A stretch of DNA of 62,500 bases, counting the filler, from Platydemus manokwari (Eukaryota): NCBI GenBank assembly GCA_037951405.1. It is 6 parts of 6 records of this genome, joined end to end, with 100 filler letters (N's around TTAATTAATTAA, not from the genome) between each part and the next. Parts side by side here need not be neighbours in the genome. Positions count along the whole stretch, not along the records: positions 1 to 9,681 come from JBBMOY011218877.1; positions 9,782 to 22,715 come from JBBMOY011896942.1; 4 more parts are not named here. One strand, 5' to 3'. This document shows positions 1-13,528 of the stretch, in pieces. A model generated the notes under the pieces. It had not been told where the DNA came from and did not search any database. It saw nothing but the letters and a program-made list of their open reading frames with translations. The translations under genes and the position numbers were made by a program. Position 1 is the first letter of the stretch. Each line of letters opens with the position of its first letter.

Positions 1-2939
1 TATATATATATAAGATTGGAAGGAACGTATCACTACACTAAATAGATTAATTCTGATTTGGAAAGTAGTTCGCTTCAAAACCTGTGGAATTCTATGAAAA
101 CGGCATAGAACAACTTTGAGAACGCTGACAAAAATGTGTATAACTTAAAGGTGACTATTTTCAACATTTCACCTTCACAGAGGATTGGTGTTTTGTTTAT
201 ATTTCTCAATTTACACATTGTCTTCATTGATTAGATAAATATTATTTTCTATCGGACAAGACTTTCGTTCCAATCCTATATATATAAAGCTTAATTATTT
301 AAATTTTCTCGATTCCCAACAATATGTTAGACGGTTTACAGAATTTTTTTCTTCCAATACAAGTCTGAAATTTTCTAGAAAAATATGTATTCAAAAAAAT
401 CGATAACTTCAACAAAGAATCAATTCAAAGAAGGAAAAATAATGATAATATTTTTAAAAGGCCACTCATTTCAACCAAATAAAATCGATAATTCATTGAA
501 TATTTCCGAAACCATTGTGAATTGTTTGTAGAGATTTTCTAGAAGTCATTGAACTAATTACACCTGTCGAGAAAATATCGAACTCACAACAAGTAAATGA
601 ATCGAATCAGATGGATCTACGGATAACAAATGGAAAATAAATCGTTATTAGAAGGCATAATTTGCAATCATTTCATTGATTCGTCCTTTTTCGTGAGTTT
701 TTTTTTCAAAATCTAAATCATTAGGAGAAATATTTATCTTCTGTTATTATTAACCGTGATGAAAAAAATTTCAAATTTCTCGACTATGATGATGTCGGTA
801 TTTTGCTTTTGTTTTTAAGTAAAGTGGATTTTAGTTTTTGTTATTAAAACTTATTCCGATAATTTGACTCGGTTGAGTTGGAGATAATTAGTTTACGATT
901 CGAAAATTATTCAACCTGATCACAACGTAAATGACTTTCCGGATTTTTTAACAAGTATAAATTTTCCCTTCATTATTTGCACAGAATCGATCAATTATTG
1001 AACTGGGAGCTTTTTAATCTATATTGTTGGTTTTTCTTTTAGAATTTTTACAACTTAATAGCATTTTATATTATCTTTGTTCTATTAACATTGATGTTGA
1101 GCTATTAACATGTATATATGGTCAAAAGTGAATTCAAAAATCCTTTTAAAAACGAATAAAAATGTAAATTAAAAAAACGAGACAAATTATTAAAGAAAGA
1201 TAATCAGAAAAATCGATACAGCTCTAATAAAACAAATTCGATACTCGATCAAATCAATAATTGAAAACATTAAAAAAAGATTACAAAGCTTAGGAACCAC
1301 AATTAAAATAATCGAAATAGCACTGACGGAAACAATTAACAGTTTGGAACAACTTAAACATTAAAGGAAACTGATATATTATCTAAGATTGGTTGTGATC
1401 CTATTAAGTCCACACTGTATCCAAGCACATAGTGACAGCGAAAGACAAAAATACCATTCGAACTAAAAGCATCAGTCGTCACATATTGTTAACATAATCC
1501 ATGTTTTGCGATAGAGAATAAAAACATGATCCAAATCAACTGTACACCACATAGAAGTCGAATATTGAAAAACGAATTCTGATATAAAACATTAGAGGAA
1601 AACAATTGCATTGATTTGTATTGATTATTCTATTTTTGTAATTATATTCCGTGGATTCATCTAAGGATTCCGGCACTAAATTGTGTATTCTGGAAACGTT
1701 GTAATGCCGATGATTAGCTAGACTATCGAAGATGTGTGAATTCTCTCTCCGAGTTTTTCAATTCAAACCTGAAAGCCAAGTTTAAAAATCGAAAATACTC
1801 TATAATTAACAGCACCTAACTATGTGATTATTAGCACCGTTTATCCTTACCTCTATATCATGTAAATTTCCTGCCTTTATCTGATGCATATTTCAATGAT
1901 ATTTTTATCCAGCATGTTTTTTAATATAAATTCCTTAATTTAATATTTTATTTAGTCAATTTGGTGGAGCGATACATTGGAAATAATATATCTTAAATAT
2001 ATATAACACCACGTATTTAATAAATAAGCGCATATTAAAAGGATTTTATGAATTACAATAATAAATGATATAATGTGACTGTATAATAATTAAGATGGAC
2101 CGAAAATATATCAATCAAATATTAAGTGTGATCAAACAAATTCTCTCTTATAAAGAGACATGTTTATGAAAAATATTTTCTGCATATGAGGGTAGGAAAT
2201 AAACAAAAAATATCTGCTCAAACAAACGAATAATAAAAAAAATAAATAAAGAATATAACAATCGAAAAAGAAAAGTAATAGACTGACTGATAATAAAATA
2301 GAAATAATTTGTATATGCAGGTAAAATCATGACTAAGCAACAGTAGAAATATCGATTGCATGAAGTCAAAGACTCACGTTTAAGAGCTAAATTGCAATAC
2401 AGCTAATACTTACAAACATTTGAGTAGCTTATTGACAAATATTCCAGCGACAAATTGTATTGTACTGAACCTTGTTCTTTTTAAATTTTAGATATAAAAC
2501 AGAAAATAATAATCTGCTGTCATTTGAAGTGAATTTTGAGGAAAAAGTCTTACAAATAAACTACTCACTACTATCTAGATAGTGATTACAACAGCTAAAC
2601 GTGATATTGTCAAGTGTTAAGTTCCATGATAGGTTAATATGTTAATACATAATTATTAAGTGATTATAGTTAATTAATATTATAATATTTTATCAAGAAC
2701 ATTGGTCCACATGTTCTAAAGGCATCTTAGGCAATTAAATGTGGATCTTAAAAGTGCGATGGAGTTAGTGATCACAAGGTTTGTGGAAATCTTTAATTTT
2801 TGAGGTTGTTTCTGCAATTTAATCCCATGATATTATTAAATTATATTTAAAATATAAATACTAATTATAAAATTAAACATTTCAAAATAATTAAAATATA
2901 TTTTATAAGTTAAAATAATTTCAACGCTAGAAGAAAATA

Positions 2940-3290
2940 TATGTATAGTGACCTCAAGTTAAAAGCATAGGGAATGCCGCCTAGGTGTTTGGAAAAAAAT
3001 TTCTGTATATTATGAAAGTGTGTATCAAAGATTGAGTCGCTTATGAGAGTTTAAAGGCCACAAGTCCAGAAATAGTCTCAAGTTTGCAGTGAATTATAAC
3101 GACAATATTAAAAATGTCTTCTGAATAGTGTGACTTGATCAATAAATACAATCCACTCTGCAAACAGATAAGGAAATAATAAAATTCTTTCAAATAAATA
3201 ATTCAAAATTTTCGTGCTTGAAATATTGCACTCGAAAAATTGTACAAACAAATTTGTACTCGCAATATTGTGCATCGAGTGACTAGTGTC
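2940..3290 (+). repeat. Dispersed repeat family F1, copy 1 (inverted partner at ~28990-29340)
   Basis: CAAAGATTGAGTCGCTTATGAGAGTTTAAAGGCCACAAGT (~3026-3066) matches the reverse complement of ~29209-29249. Further colinear matching blocks include TGCAAAC..AAGGAAATAATAAAA and AAAATTTTCGTGCT..AAATATTG..CTCGAAAA. Boundaries approximate. Confidence 0.75.
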
Positions 3291-6200
3291 ACTTGTTTAT
3301 ATGTAGCTTCAATTTCTCTTATATCTCTGTGTGTTTTATGAAACATTTCGCTAGTTTTAGCAATATTCTGTATTTAAATATCATGTTACTATTTTTGTTG
3401 CCTATTAAGTATGAGTTACTATTTTTAATCTACGTAGTTATTTTTATAACGTATGTTGTTAACCATTTTTGGACATAATGTGACTTCTATTTTTAGATTT
3501 TGGATGAATTTTGCTATCACCGTGATTGCTTGAATATTTAAAGAAAATAACAATAACTGAGAATGATCAGATATGCTAACATATGGAAATAATCTCCAAG
3601 AAAATTAAAATCTTTATAAAACAACGTTAAATGAAGCCGAACAAAAATTAATAATAACTATTATTATATATAAAAATGAACTCTATAAACCAATTTAGGT
3701 ATGAAGTAAGTTATGATCCACTCAGGAAACATGAGAAGATTACTACAATAACAAAACAAAAAAAAAGTATTTTAGTAATAAAGGTAAAGTAAATTTTTTT
3801 ATAATTGTAATAACGTAGACTCCTGGAAGTATATTGTAGTATATAGCGACTTTCTATATGAATTCGGCTCTATTTCTACATTAACTTTATAGTCAGTATA
3901 TAACCATTTTTGTGTAATTTGGACTTACGTGCTTTTTATGGCAGTAAATATACCTTATTAAACAGCCTCGTTATTATACCTCTGTAAGAACCTGAATTGT
4001 TGGCAGTGAAATATCTAATAAAGAAAACCGCTGAGTTAGGTAGTATCACTGTGAACAAAAGTAATGATAGTTGTTCAAGGAAATATTGTTGATTAGAGAA
4101 ATTTTCCTTATTATTTGATGGCCACAAATCATTAAACATTGAAACCCAATAAAAATTTTAATTTCGCTTAAGGATTGATTAGAATTTGGATTAGATCTCA
4201 ATTCAGATTCAGGTGATTATTGATTCAAAATGCTTAGCATTTTTCAATTGTTAGAAATTACCATAACCAAGTATTTAATAGAACACCGAATCTCTTGGAA
4301 TTACTATAAAAATATCTATTTCTTAACTGGAATTGTTCACCATTCAAATAATCTATCGAAATCACTGTTAGATCATTATCTCACACCACTTTAATGTCCT
4401 TTACCATTAGTTTCGATTTATTCTATTAATGATTTGCAAACGTAAAGGCTTTCAAGAACCAACACACTAAATTAAAGACAGAACTTAAAAGCAGTACAAC
4501 ATAAAAGATCAACGACCAAAGACATGCAATCCTTAGTGATCTTCACCAATTCATATCATCATTTTCGTTATCCAACAAAACTTTATGATGTATTTTATAA
4601 ATTATAAATATCGAAAAATGTATTAACTCTTATTTATTTTAAAATAGTGATTTAGCTTGTTATTGCCTTTGAGAATAGCTAATTAAATTTACCGAAGGAA
4701 ATCTGCTTTCATGAATGAAGAAGGCCGGCAATAATTTCATTGCAATTAGAAGAAAATCTGCTTTCTACATTGCCATGCCAAAAGAAGATGATAGTCACTG
4801 ATGACAAAAAAGAAATTCAATGGATAAACGTAATCGTAATGAGGACGACAGTTAGCAAAAAGTTCAAGTGCTTAGATGATCAAAACATCATTATTTTCTG
4901 TTTTAATTTCCAATAGTATTTTAAAATTGCGGAGCCAATTTTTAAAAGAGATTTATAAAACCGAATTGATGGATTGACAAATGACAAAAAAGTAAACGAG
5001 GAAAACAAATTATTTTGAAGATTTGAAGCTCTTACGTTTAAACATAGGCATTGGGAGGTTTAAAAGTAACTATCAATGGAATAAGTTATTATATATATTA
5101 ATAAGTTGCAATGAGATTATAAGTCGATATTAGGTCAAAATTTAATAAGAGATAACCAATTAAAATGTTTTATGATTCTCTATAGCTTAATAAATTACTT
5201 ATTTTATTATTTTACTTATTTTAAATAAATAACTACATGTTGCATTATGTTCGAAAAAGGCATTTACTGATCTAGACATTTAAAAGAACAAAACATTGTT
5301 AAGTGATCGTTATTTAGTGTATGTGATTGCCATTACCATGGATCCCATTATTTTGGAAACTAAAATTCTAATAACGTGTAATACGCAATGCATGGCCAAC
5401 ATACCGATCAAAAAGTTTGTTTAACTCTTAACAATATTATCAGCAGAATAAATTAGGCCTCCAACAGACCAATAAATCTTATGCATGTGTAATTTTCAAA
5501 ATATATTAAACTCTTCACTCAACTTGATAGTAAGCCGAAAAAATTGAAATTAACCATTTATTGGTAAATTTTATAATTAATTTTTGTTATTTTCATTAAG
5601 ATTGTGATGATCATTACGTATTTCACTAATAAAAATCACATACAAAAACGATTTGTCATATTTTAACAACGAAAATTAAACAAACAACGTATCAAGTAAA
5701 AATCAACACAAAACCAGAGCGATCATTTATATTGTACAATTGAACGTTAATTGGAACCAATGAATTAAATTCAAATTAACCAAAACTATAATTTAATTCA
5801 AATTTAATGAGCCATATAAACAATGCGTTTTTGAAAACTTGCAATTTAAATAACAAAAGTAGAATATAAACAATTATTGTAATTAAATGTTCTAATTAAA
5901 TATTCTAACTGAATATTCTAATTAAAAGAATATATTAAAATTTTACTTATTTCAGCTTAATTTCAATGAGGAAACTTTTATAAATTCGTAATCATTTAGA
6001 TTTTTCAAAATTAAATGAAGTATATAGAAGTATATAAAAATAAGTTATGAAAACTTTATTTAAAATTGCCTGTCAAAGTTTAGTAAAAATGTCACCTACG
6101 CTTCAGTGAGATCAAAAATACAAAAACCCAGGACAAGTAACCATATTATATTAGTTATTGGTAATAAATCTAATCTTCAAAAAGTCTAGATTAATTCTTT

Positions 6201-9200
6201 ATCATGTATGCTCACAACATCTTTTGATTTTTAGTAGTTCTAAATGCACTTGATTCACGCACAGAGAGTTACGGATTTTAGGTTTACAGAACTTCACTTT
6301 TTTCACATATATGTTGTCGAGAAAATTAAACATTTTATTCAAAAATATTTTAAAATTATATCAAATGAAATTAAATTTAAAAAAGAACATTTATTTACAT
6401 ATTTGTTATTGACTTCCTATTTTTTATCATACTTTGGTGAAACAGTGTTCTAGAATAACACATTTCTCATATCAATATTTGAATAAAAAGTCATTTGTAA
6501 TCATGCAACAAAACTTTACTAACAGAATTAGTATCAACCAAATAAGGAAAAATTCATTTAAAAATAACTTAATAATCTTTATTTTTTTTAAAATCCGTCT
6601 TTTACATCATATGTTTTTTATAAAGATTTTATTCACAGGAGCTCATAATGAAATGAAATTAAAATCATATCAAGTTATTTAGTTTTATTAAAATAAACTA
6701 TTAAAATAAACTAATAATTAAGAAATTAATCATTTATATACTTTTTTGAATTATTTAAATAGAGAGCCAGAATTTTACAATTCAATCTTGAAATAAAATT
6801 TTCAGAATTTCAAAATATTTATTATAATTTAAATTTCATGCCAATAAAAGTTTGGTTCATAATCATAACTATTTAATACAATAAATAATTTGTCCCTAAT
6901 TTGTTAAAACGAGCTATTTAAATCACATAGTTCATAGCATTTTATTAAAGATTTCATTTTCACAATATATTATAAAATTTAAATATTTTATCGTATTAAT
7001 CGAGTTTGACATTTAATAAATTACATGCCCAGATAGTTGCTGGAATTGATTTAGAATTATTAAAATTAATATTACTTCGAATTATATTATTTTTAGCAAA
7101 TGTCCCAAGAAAATTTGAATTCATCGACAAAAGGAATTTTGAAAATCAATTTAGATAATCCTGGTAAGCGAATTTGATTTTGTCCACATAAGAATGTTTT
7201 GAAATCATTTCAGTTAGTCGATATTTATAAGGTTGACATTTAAATAAAAATTATTCTTTTTACTATAATCGATATTTAGCCGAAAATATTCATTTACTTA
7301 TCCAAATATATAGAGCAAAAATGAAAAAATTTTCATCTCAGTTTAATTCCACAGTTAGATATCGAAGTTCTCACTTGGAACACTTTCTCAATGAAAGCAA
7401 TTAATGATTTTTATTATGATATCTCCGCTCTAACATATGTCATTGAATGTTTTGGTGGCTCGATTAATTGATGCTCCAAAAAGATTATATTTGGAAAATT
7501 TCTCAAAGATCCACTCTTAAAAATAATATCGAACCCAGGGTTTATTTTCATAACATCTGAAGTTTCTATCTCTCCTTGTTCTTTAAATGGGAAATGAATG
7601 ATATCCCACTTTTTTATCCCATCGAAACAACTTCAATCAACAAAGGCTTTCAATAATTTTTATAAACAAAGGCATCCATTTAATGCTTCATAATATCTAA
7701 GAGATGTTTTCACATTTTCTTTACATTCAAAGGTTATCAGCAAATAAAAAAGGGAGATAATCTATAGAATACCATGTTGCTATTTTTACATATTTCAAAT
7801 ACTAAAACAGATTCTATTCAACAAACAGATGAGGATTTATTCAACGGAAGAGATTAATTATCATATTACATTATTCTATTCAAGAATTTTATTTAAATAG
7901 GAAAGGAATTTAGATGAATATTGCATTAGAATGTAATGATGTTTCACTGAGAAGAAATTATTGATTTTCATGCAAATAAATCCTTTAAACAGGGCATCGA
8001 GAAATTATTATTTACTCATCACAAGATTCGAGATAATTAGCGGAATATCTTTCTAATTTATAAGATTTTTAAATGATAATGTTTTACAGTGTCAGTTGTT
8101 TCATTAAATATGTAATGAAAATTAATTAAGAAATTCAACACACAAAATTATTAAATCGACATATTTAATAAATAATTAAAATTTACAAGAGACTAAAATT
8201 ATAAAAATTGAATTAAAATATATTTTTAAAAAATTATATTTAAAATAAATATACCACATTGATATTTATAAAATGATCTTGCTTTAAAAATACTGTTAAT
8301 CTCTAGATTTTAAAAATTATTAAAATTACTTGATTTAAACAAGAAGAAGAATTAGATGGAAATATATTTAAAATTAGTTTAAAAAATGATGTATTGAAAA
8401 TATATATGTTTATTGTTATGTTGTAAACATGAACTTTGATTTGAAAATTAAAGACGAAGAAATTTCGTCAACTAACACATGGGACAGTGAGAGCAGAACA
8501 TCATCGTATTAAATAGCTCCAATTAATTACAAATATCAATATTTTATACAGACGGTCCTCATAAATATTGCCAGTGAAAATATAAGCCCATTTTTCTACC
8601 AAATATTTTTTTCTGTTTTCAAAGAGTAAATTAATATTTATCCAACATAATAAGAAAAGCCCAAACAGAAAATTTCTTAATCGTTTATTATTATTGGATA
8701 AAAAATGTCATATAAAATGGAAAAAAAAATTATTATATATTCGAAAATTTCTACCAAAATCTTTTCGTTATTTGGTAATGAAAAAATTGGTTTATATTTG
8801 AAAATAAGGATTTAAAAAATGAATTTCAGAAAAATAATTATTGGACCATTTTTCTGATAGAAATCTCCACATGATATTGATCATTCATCATGCGATTTGT
8901 AAAATAGAGAATTTCTAATAACGGAAAATCACGCATTTATTCACTGAACAATGAAATAGGACGGACAAAATATTCACCATTTCTACCATGAGAATAATTG
9001 GTTGAGACGAAATAAAATTGGGTAAATGAAATTGAAATTTATTTAAACGTAACACGATCAGTTATCAGATAAGATAAGGACGGATATTTGGGTTATTTAA
9101 AATGGAATGGACGCTGGTATTGAGAAATAACGGATAGAGATTTTCTTCATAAATATTCTGGCTCCATCTTGGAGTGAATGTGATTCAAAGAATCGTATAT

Positions 9201-9681
9201 TAATATTTATGCGATCAATTTATTGCCTAATCTATTCGATGATCATTTTGTAATTGATCGAGATAGACCACCTAATGATCTTGAATTGTTTATTTTATTA
9301 TATTTGTTATAATATCATTTCAAAACCGAATGTTTCTAAATTATATTTTCTTTCCCCCCACAATTTAACAGGTTTTATTCATAGTTTTGATTAATTATTT
9401 TCAATTATTTATTTACTTTAATAAATTTGTTTTAATAATATTTATTAATATTGAAGAATTTGAAATAAAATAAAACGAATTTATAAACACTATGCTAAGT
9501 TGTTAAAATTTATTTTCATGGAAGATATCTTGCCGATATAGATGTCCGGACACTATTATTAAGCTATAATAAACAATTTTCGACCGGTATTAAAATAATA
9601 TAAATAGGATGATTATTTTCTGTATCTCGGTTTAAAAATATAATTAATTCTTCATCTATTATTGGTAAAGAATCTTCATTT

Positions 9682-9781
9682 NNNNNNNNNNNNNNNNNNN
9701 NNNNNNNNNNNNNNNNNNNNNNNNNTTAATTAATTAANNNNNNNNNNNNNNNNNNNNNNNNNNNNNNNNNNNNNNNNNNNN
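9682..9781. other. Assembly gap with artificial TTAATTAATTAA spacer
   Basis: N44-TTAATTAATTAA-N44, exactly 100 bp, same layout as four other gaps. Confidence 0.97.
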
Positions 9782-9899
9782 ATTGATATTAAGTTATTGA
9801 TATATTATATAATTAATAGTCATACTTAAATTTGCGCCCATATAACCGATAAGATCCATAAATGATCTTAAGAAAGCGAAAAGGGAAGAGATCTAGAAA

Positions 9900-11050
9900 C
9901 TTTTTGCTATTCTACTTAAACAATCACGAGTTATTGATTTACAAAGACATCGTTCTTCGATGCATCAATCGAAAATGTTGAAAAATACTTCCAGACAACC
10001 AAGGATTTCCCATATTTAATCAAATTGAACTATCATTTGAATTTGATATGCTGTTGACAGATGACACCAAACAACTGTGGCATGAATTCAGCAGTTTTAA
10101 AGAAGCCCATTCAAATGAAGAGATTAATAAATGGTTTTTGGAAACTTTCTCACATATCAAAACAGTACATAACAAAGTTCAGGATTTGCAGCAGTGAGGC
10201 AAAGACCAGATGAAAAGTATAATAGTTATGAACTACGGGGAAAGAATATAGTCACAGAGATGTTTGATAAGAAAAACACTCTTGATGAGATTTCTGGACT
10301 ATTTATTCTGCAAAGGTTTAAATAACAAGAAATTGAATAACAAGAAACAATGTCCGACGATAGAAGGAGAGAGTTGGCTGTTAATTTAGAGAAGTTAACT
10401 TCGAAAAAGCCGACAAACGTCATAAAGAGGACATAGGTCCAGTTGGTATTTGAAAGTAACTGAAGAAAAACTTTTCAAAAGGAGAATTATTTAATAAATC
10501 TAAGTCCAATTGTACAGGAATGAGATTTTGGTGTAAAGGAATATCATCGTGCAACAGTTAATCATATGGAATTTTCAAATAAGATCCATGAAGGCTTTTG
10601 TCTCTAAATTCTACAACGATTGTTAAGGAAAACCCACACCATGCGATGCTTATTTGAAACCAGGAGTTTGATTTTGCTGTGTTGAGCTTGGACACCCGAA
10701 GTTTGAATGTCCACAATGGAAAAATGTTTAATATGTGGAAAAGAAGGTTATCCGTTCAGAGAATGTCATTTAACCAGAAGTCTAGTTATAATAGTTCGAG
10801 GAGAATACTGTGCAAACATGACGAGAAAGATGACACCGATATTCAAACCGAAAATGAAGCAAGTGATTGTGTTAGCTCGCTCTCCATAGAGGAAAACTGG
10901 TACCAACCACCTGTGCCTATTGCCAGTGGGGTTGAGGCATATATCAGCTAGAGATAGAATAGAAGTATAGCACTTAGATAGAAAAATAAGCACTTACATA
11001 TATATTAGAAAGCAGATGGTAGACAGTGGAGTAAAATTGAGTGCAACGTA
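9900..11050 (+). mobile_element. Degenerate retrotransposon gag-like relic with decayed zinc knuckle
   Basis: ORF 10707..10889 contains CLICGKEGYPFREC, a CX2CX4HX4C knuckle with H replaced by Y. Flanking sequence is purine-rich and coding-like but broken by stops. Boundaries approximate. Confidence 0.5.
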
Positions 11051-12199
11051 AATTTTGTTAACATATGATTTAACACGAATTTTTAAAATTTCAGAATCCG
11101 TAATGATTTAAAACAGCATTTACGTAATAAAAAATAATCACAGAAATTAAATAATAACAATGCAAATTCATATGAAAAATGTAGATATTGATTATTTTGT
11201 AAAAGTATTGTGAAATATTATTATTATTATTGGTAGGAGTGTGTAAATAGTGTACTGAAAAAGACATTTTCTCAAGGCAGTTATTCAAATCAATTGTTGA
11301 CATAATGACGTTTTCATACGATTCCGACCACTTCTTTTGATGAATTCCGTTTCGTGTGATTTATTTTATCAAGTTATAATTCTTGATTGTCATTGACTTT
11401 AATAATTAAATTTTAACTCAATTATTCATATTCAGATTAATTTTAACAAATAATTATTTCGATAATTTCTATAAATTATATTTGTTTTGCTAATTGTATT
11501 GAAAATTCTTCAAACCACCAAGTCGAGATATTTTCTGCGGATAAAAAGTTTAACAGAAGTTCATTAAATCTAGACCAACTATAAATCAAGAAAATGTTTA
11601 ATTTATTGCCTTTGGAATATCGTTATAGATATTGTTGTTATCATTTGTATGTGATATTGATTTTATATACATATTATTAAAATGAGTTTGTCCAAACGCC
11701 GTTCAACGATGCATATTATATGCTTAAAAATAAGGATATCTGGAATTCAATTCTATCAAATCATTTCGAATAGGATTAGGCAGTTGAGTAAGAAAACATG
11801 TAAGAAAAAATTGATTTTTAATAAAATACTTTATGTTTACACGTGTTAGTCCTTGAAATATTATTTACTGCAATCTGTGTTAAATCAATCGTGTTAAATA
11901 TAAATGGTGGTCATTCGTTGATAGAGCTTGTAAACTGTTTAGATTTACAGCAACACAAAAATACCATCTTCTATACCATATTGAACTCTTAGATATATCG
12001 TTTTGGAAAGATTCAAAGTGATTTGATTGTCATGGGTAAAAATTCATGAAGAATTTCGATTCAAAATTTGAAATAAACAAGAATTTAGTTATATTTATCA
12101 GCAAAAGTCAAATGAATGAGAGAAACACAGCATTTAGGATGTTTGGGATTTAATGTCGAGATAAAATACGAATTATCTTTTTAGTGAATCAAAATTTGA

Positions 12200-12520
12200 A
12201 TATATTCAACTTAATAGAACACTACCCAATTTTCTCTATTCGATGTAGATCTGGGATGCGAAATAAATTTACTCTACGTAGCTCGATGTAACAAACTACC
12301 AAAGTATTACTAAAACATCAACGTGAAACGCTTTAGAGAAAAACTCAAATATGACAGCTATCGGACAAGGCGGATAAGATGGAATGGAAAATAAAGTTTT
12401 CAAGATAGGAGATAAAGTTTTAGTACGACCGGATGCGCTTAAAAAATAAAGACTGGTTTACAATAAGAGGCACCTTTGAAAATCTTGAGATTCAGACAAG
12501 TGGATGTAAAATTCCTGGAT
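12200..12520 (+). mobile_element. Ty3/gypsy integrase C-terminal relic
   Basis: Translation at ~12393-12440 gives KVFKIGDKVLVRPD, typical of the segment preceding the GPY/F motif. Frame is broken by stops. Confidence 0.35.
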
Positions 12521-12948
12521 TTCCTAAAAACAAAATTCATCAATAGCTGAACATTTAGGCTGTGATCTTAATGGGAAACGACTTTTATATTAAACATGTT
12601 TGTTTAAATGATTAGATCTAATAAATCTGACCATTGTAAGTGTAGCAATGAAAATCTATTTTAATCATTTGTCATTAATAAGTAATTTTGTTTAAAAATT
12701 TGTTGGAAATTTTAGTAAATAAAATACTTTTTCTAATATTTATAATATTAGAAGCAGTACAGAAATATTTATTTCATGTTATCGATTTTTGATATTTTTC
12801 CTGGAAATGTAGTTCATAAATTATATGATGTCAAAATAGGTACAAAATATTTATATAAAAATTACAAAAGAATATTTTTTGTAAATTAATATTTGTTCTT
12901 TGTGAAATACTTAAGTTGTTTTAGTATTTGAATTGATAATTGAATTTT

Positions 12949-13528
12949 CAGCTTAATTTAAGAAAAGGGTCCTTTGACCTACTTTTGTTATAATGAATTT
13001 CCACGCATCAGATAATTTTATAACTTAATTTTATATATAACTACTATGTTATATTTATTCATATAATTTAGTTAATATCTCAATTTTAAGATGCCTAATA
13101 GTGACAAAACATAGTTTTAAAACCAGGTTCTTATTATAATCACAACACTTCATATATGATTATTAGAGTTTTTAAATTTAAATTTAGATAATTATAAATC
13201 GAGTGAGTTAATTACAGATATATTTAATAATATCATTGCTTACATCTCTCAATTTGCTTCTAATGTTAAAAAAGGGGTCCCCGCTAATTTTCAATAAATT
13301 GCAATTTGACCTACTTTTTTCATTTTTTAAAATAATTAAATTTTAGACGATTTTTAACCTTTAATATATTTAATATTTGATTTCAAACAACTTAAATTAT
13401 TCTTAAGTACTTAAATAAAAAATTCAAAATTTTTTTAAAGTATATATTTAAATAAATTATATAGAATTTTGCAATACATTCAACAATTTTAAAATTTAAT
13501 AATAGGACCCTATTTTTAACTTTAGCCG
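12949..13528. mobile_element. MITE-like non-autonomous DNA element with imperfect ~25 bp TIRs
   Basis: Left end CAGCTTAATTTAAGAAAAGGGTCCT (12949-12973) versus right end AGGACCCTATTTTTAACTTTAGCCG (13504-13528). The body at 13240-13528 matches 52760-53015, and a partial end lies at ~14145-14220. Confidence 0.6.

Noticed and set aside
4690-4880. PH-domain-like fragment TDDKKEIQWINVI
   Set aside because: Too short, frame broken, no supporting splice structure.
9726-9737. TTAATTAATTAA recurring inside five N blocks
   Set aside because: Identical 100 bp layout each time; a scaffolding spacer with stops in all six frames, not biology.
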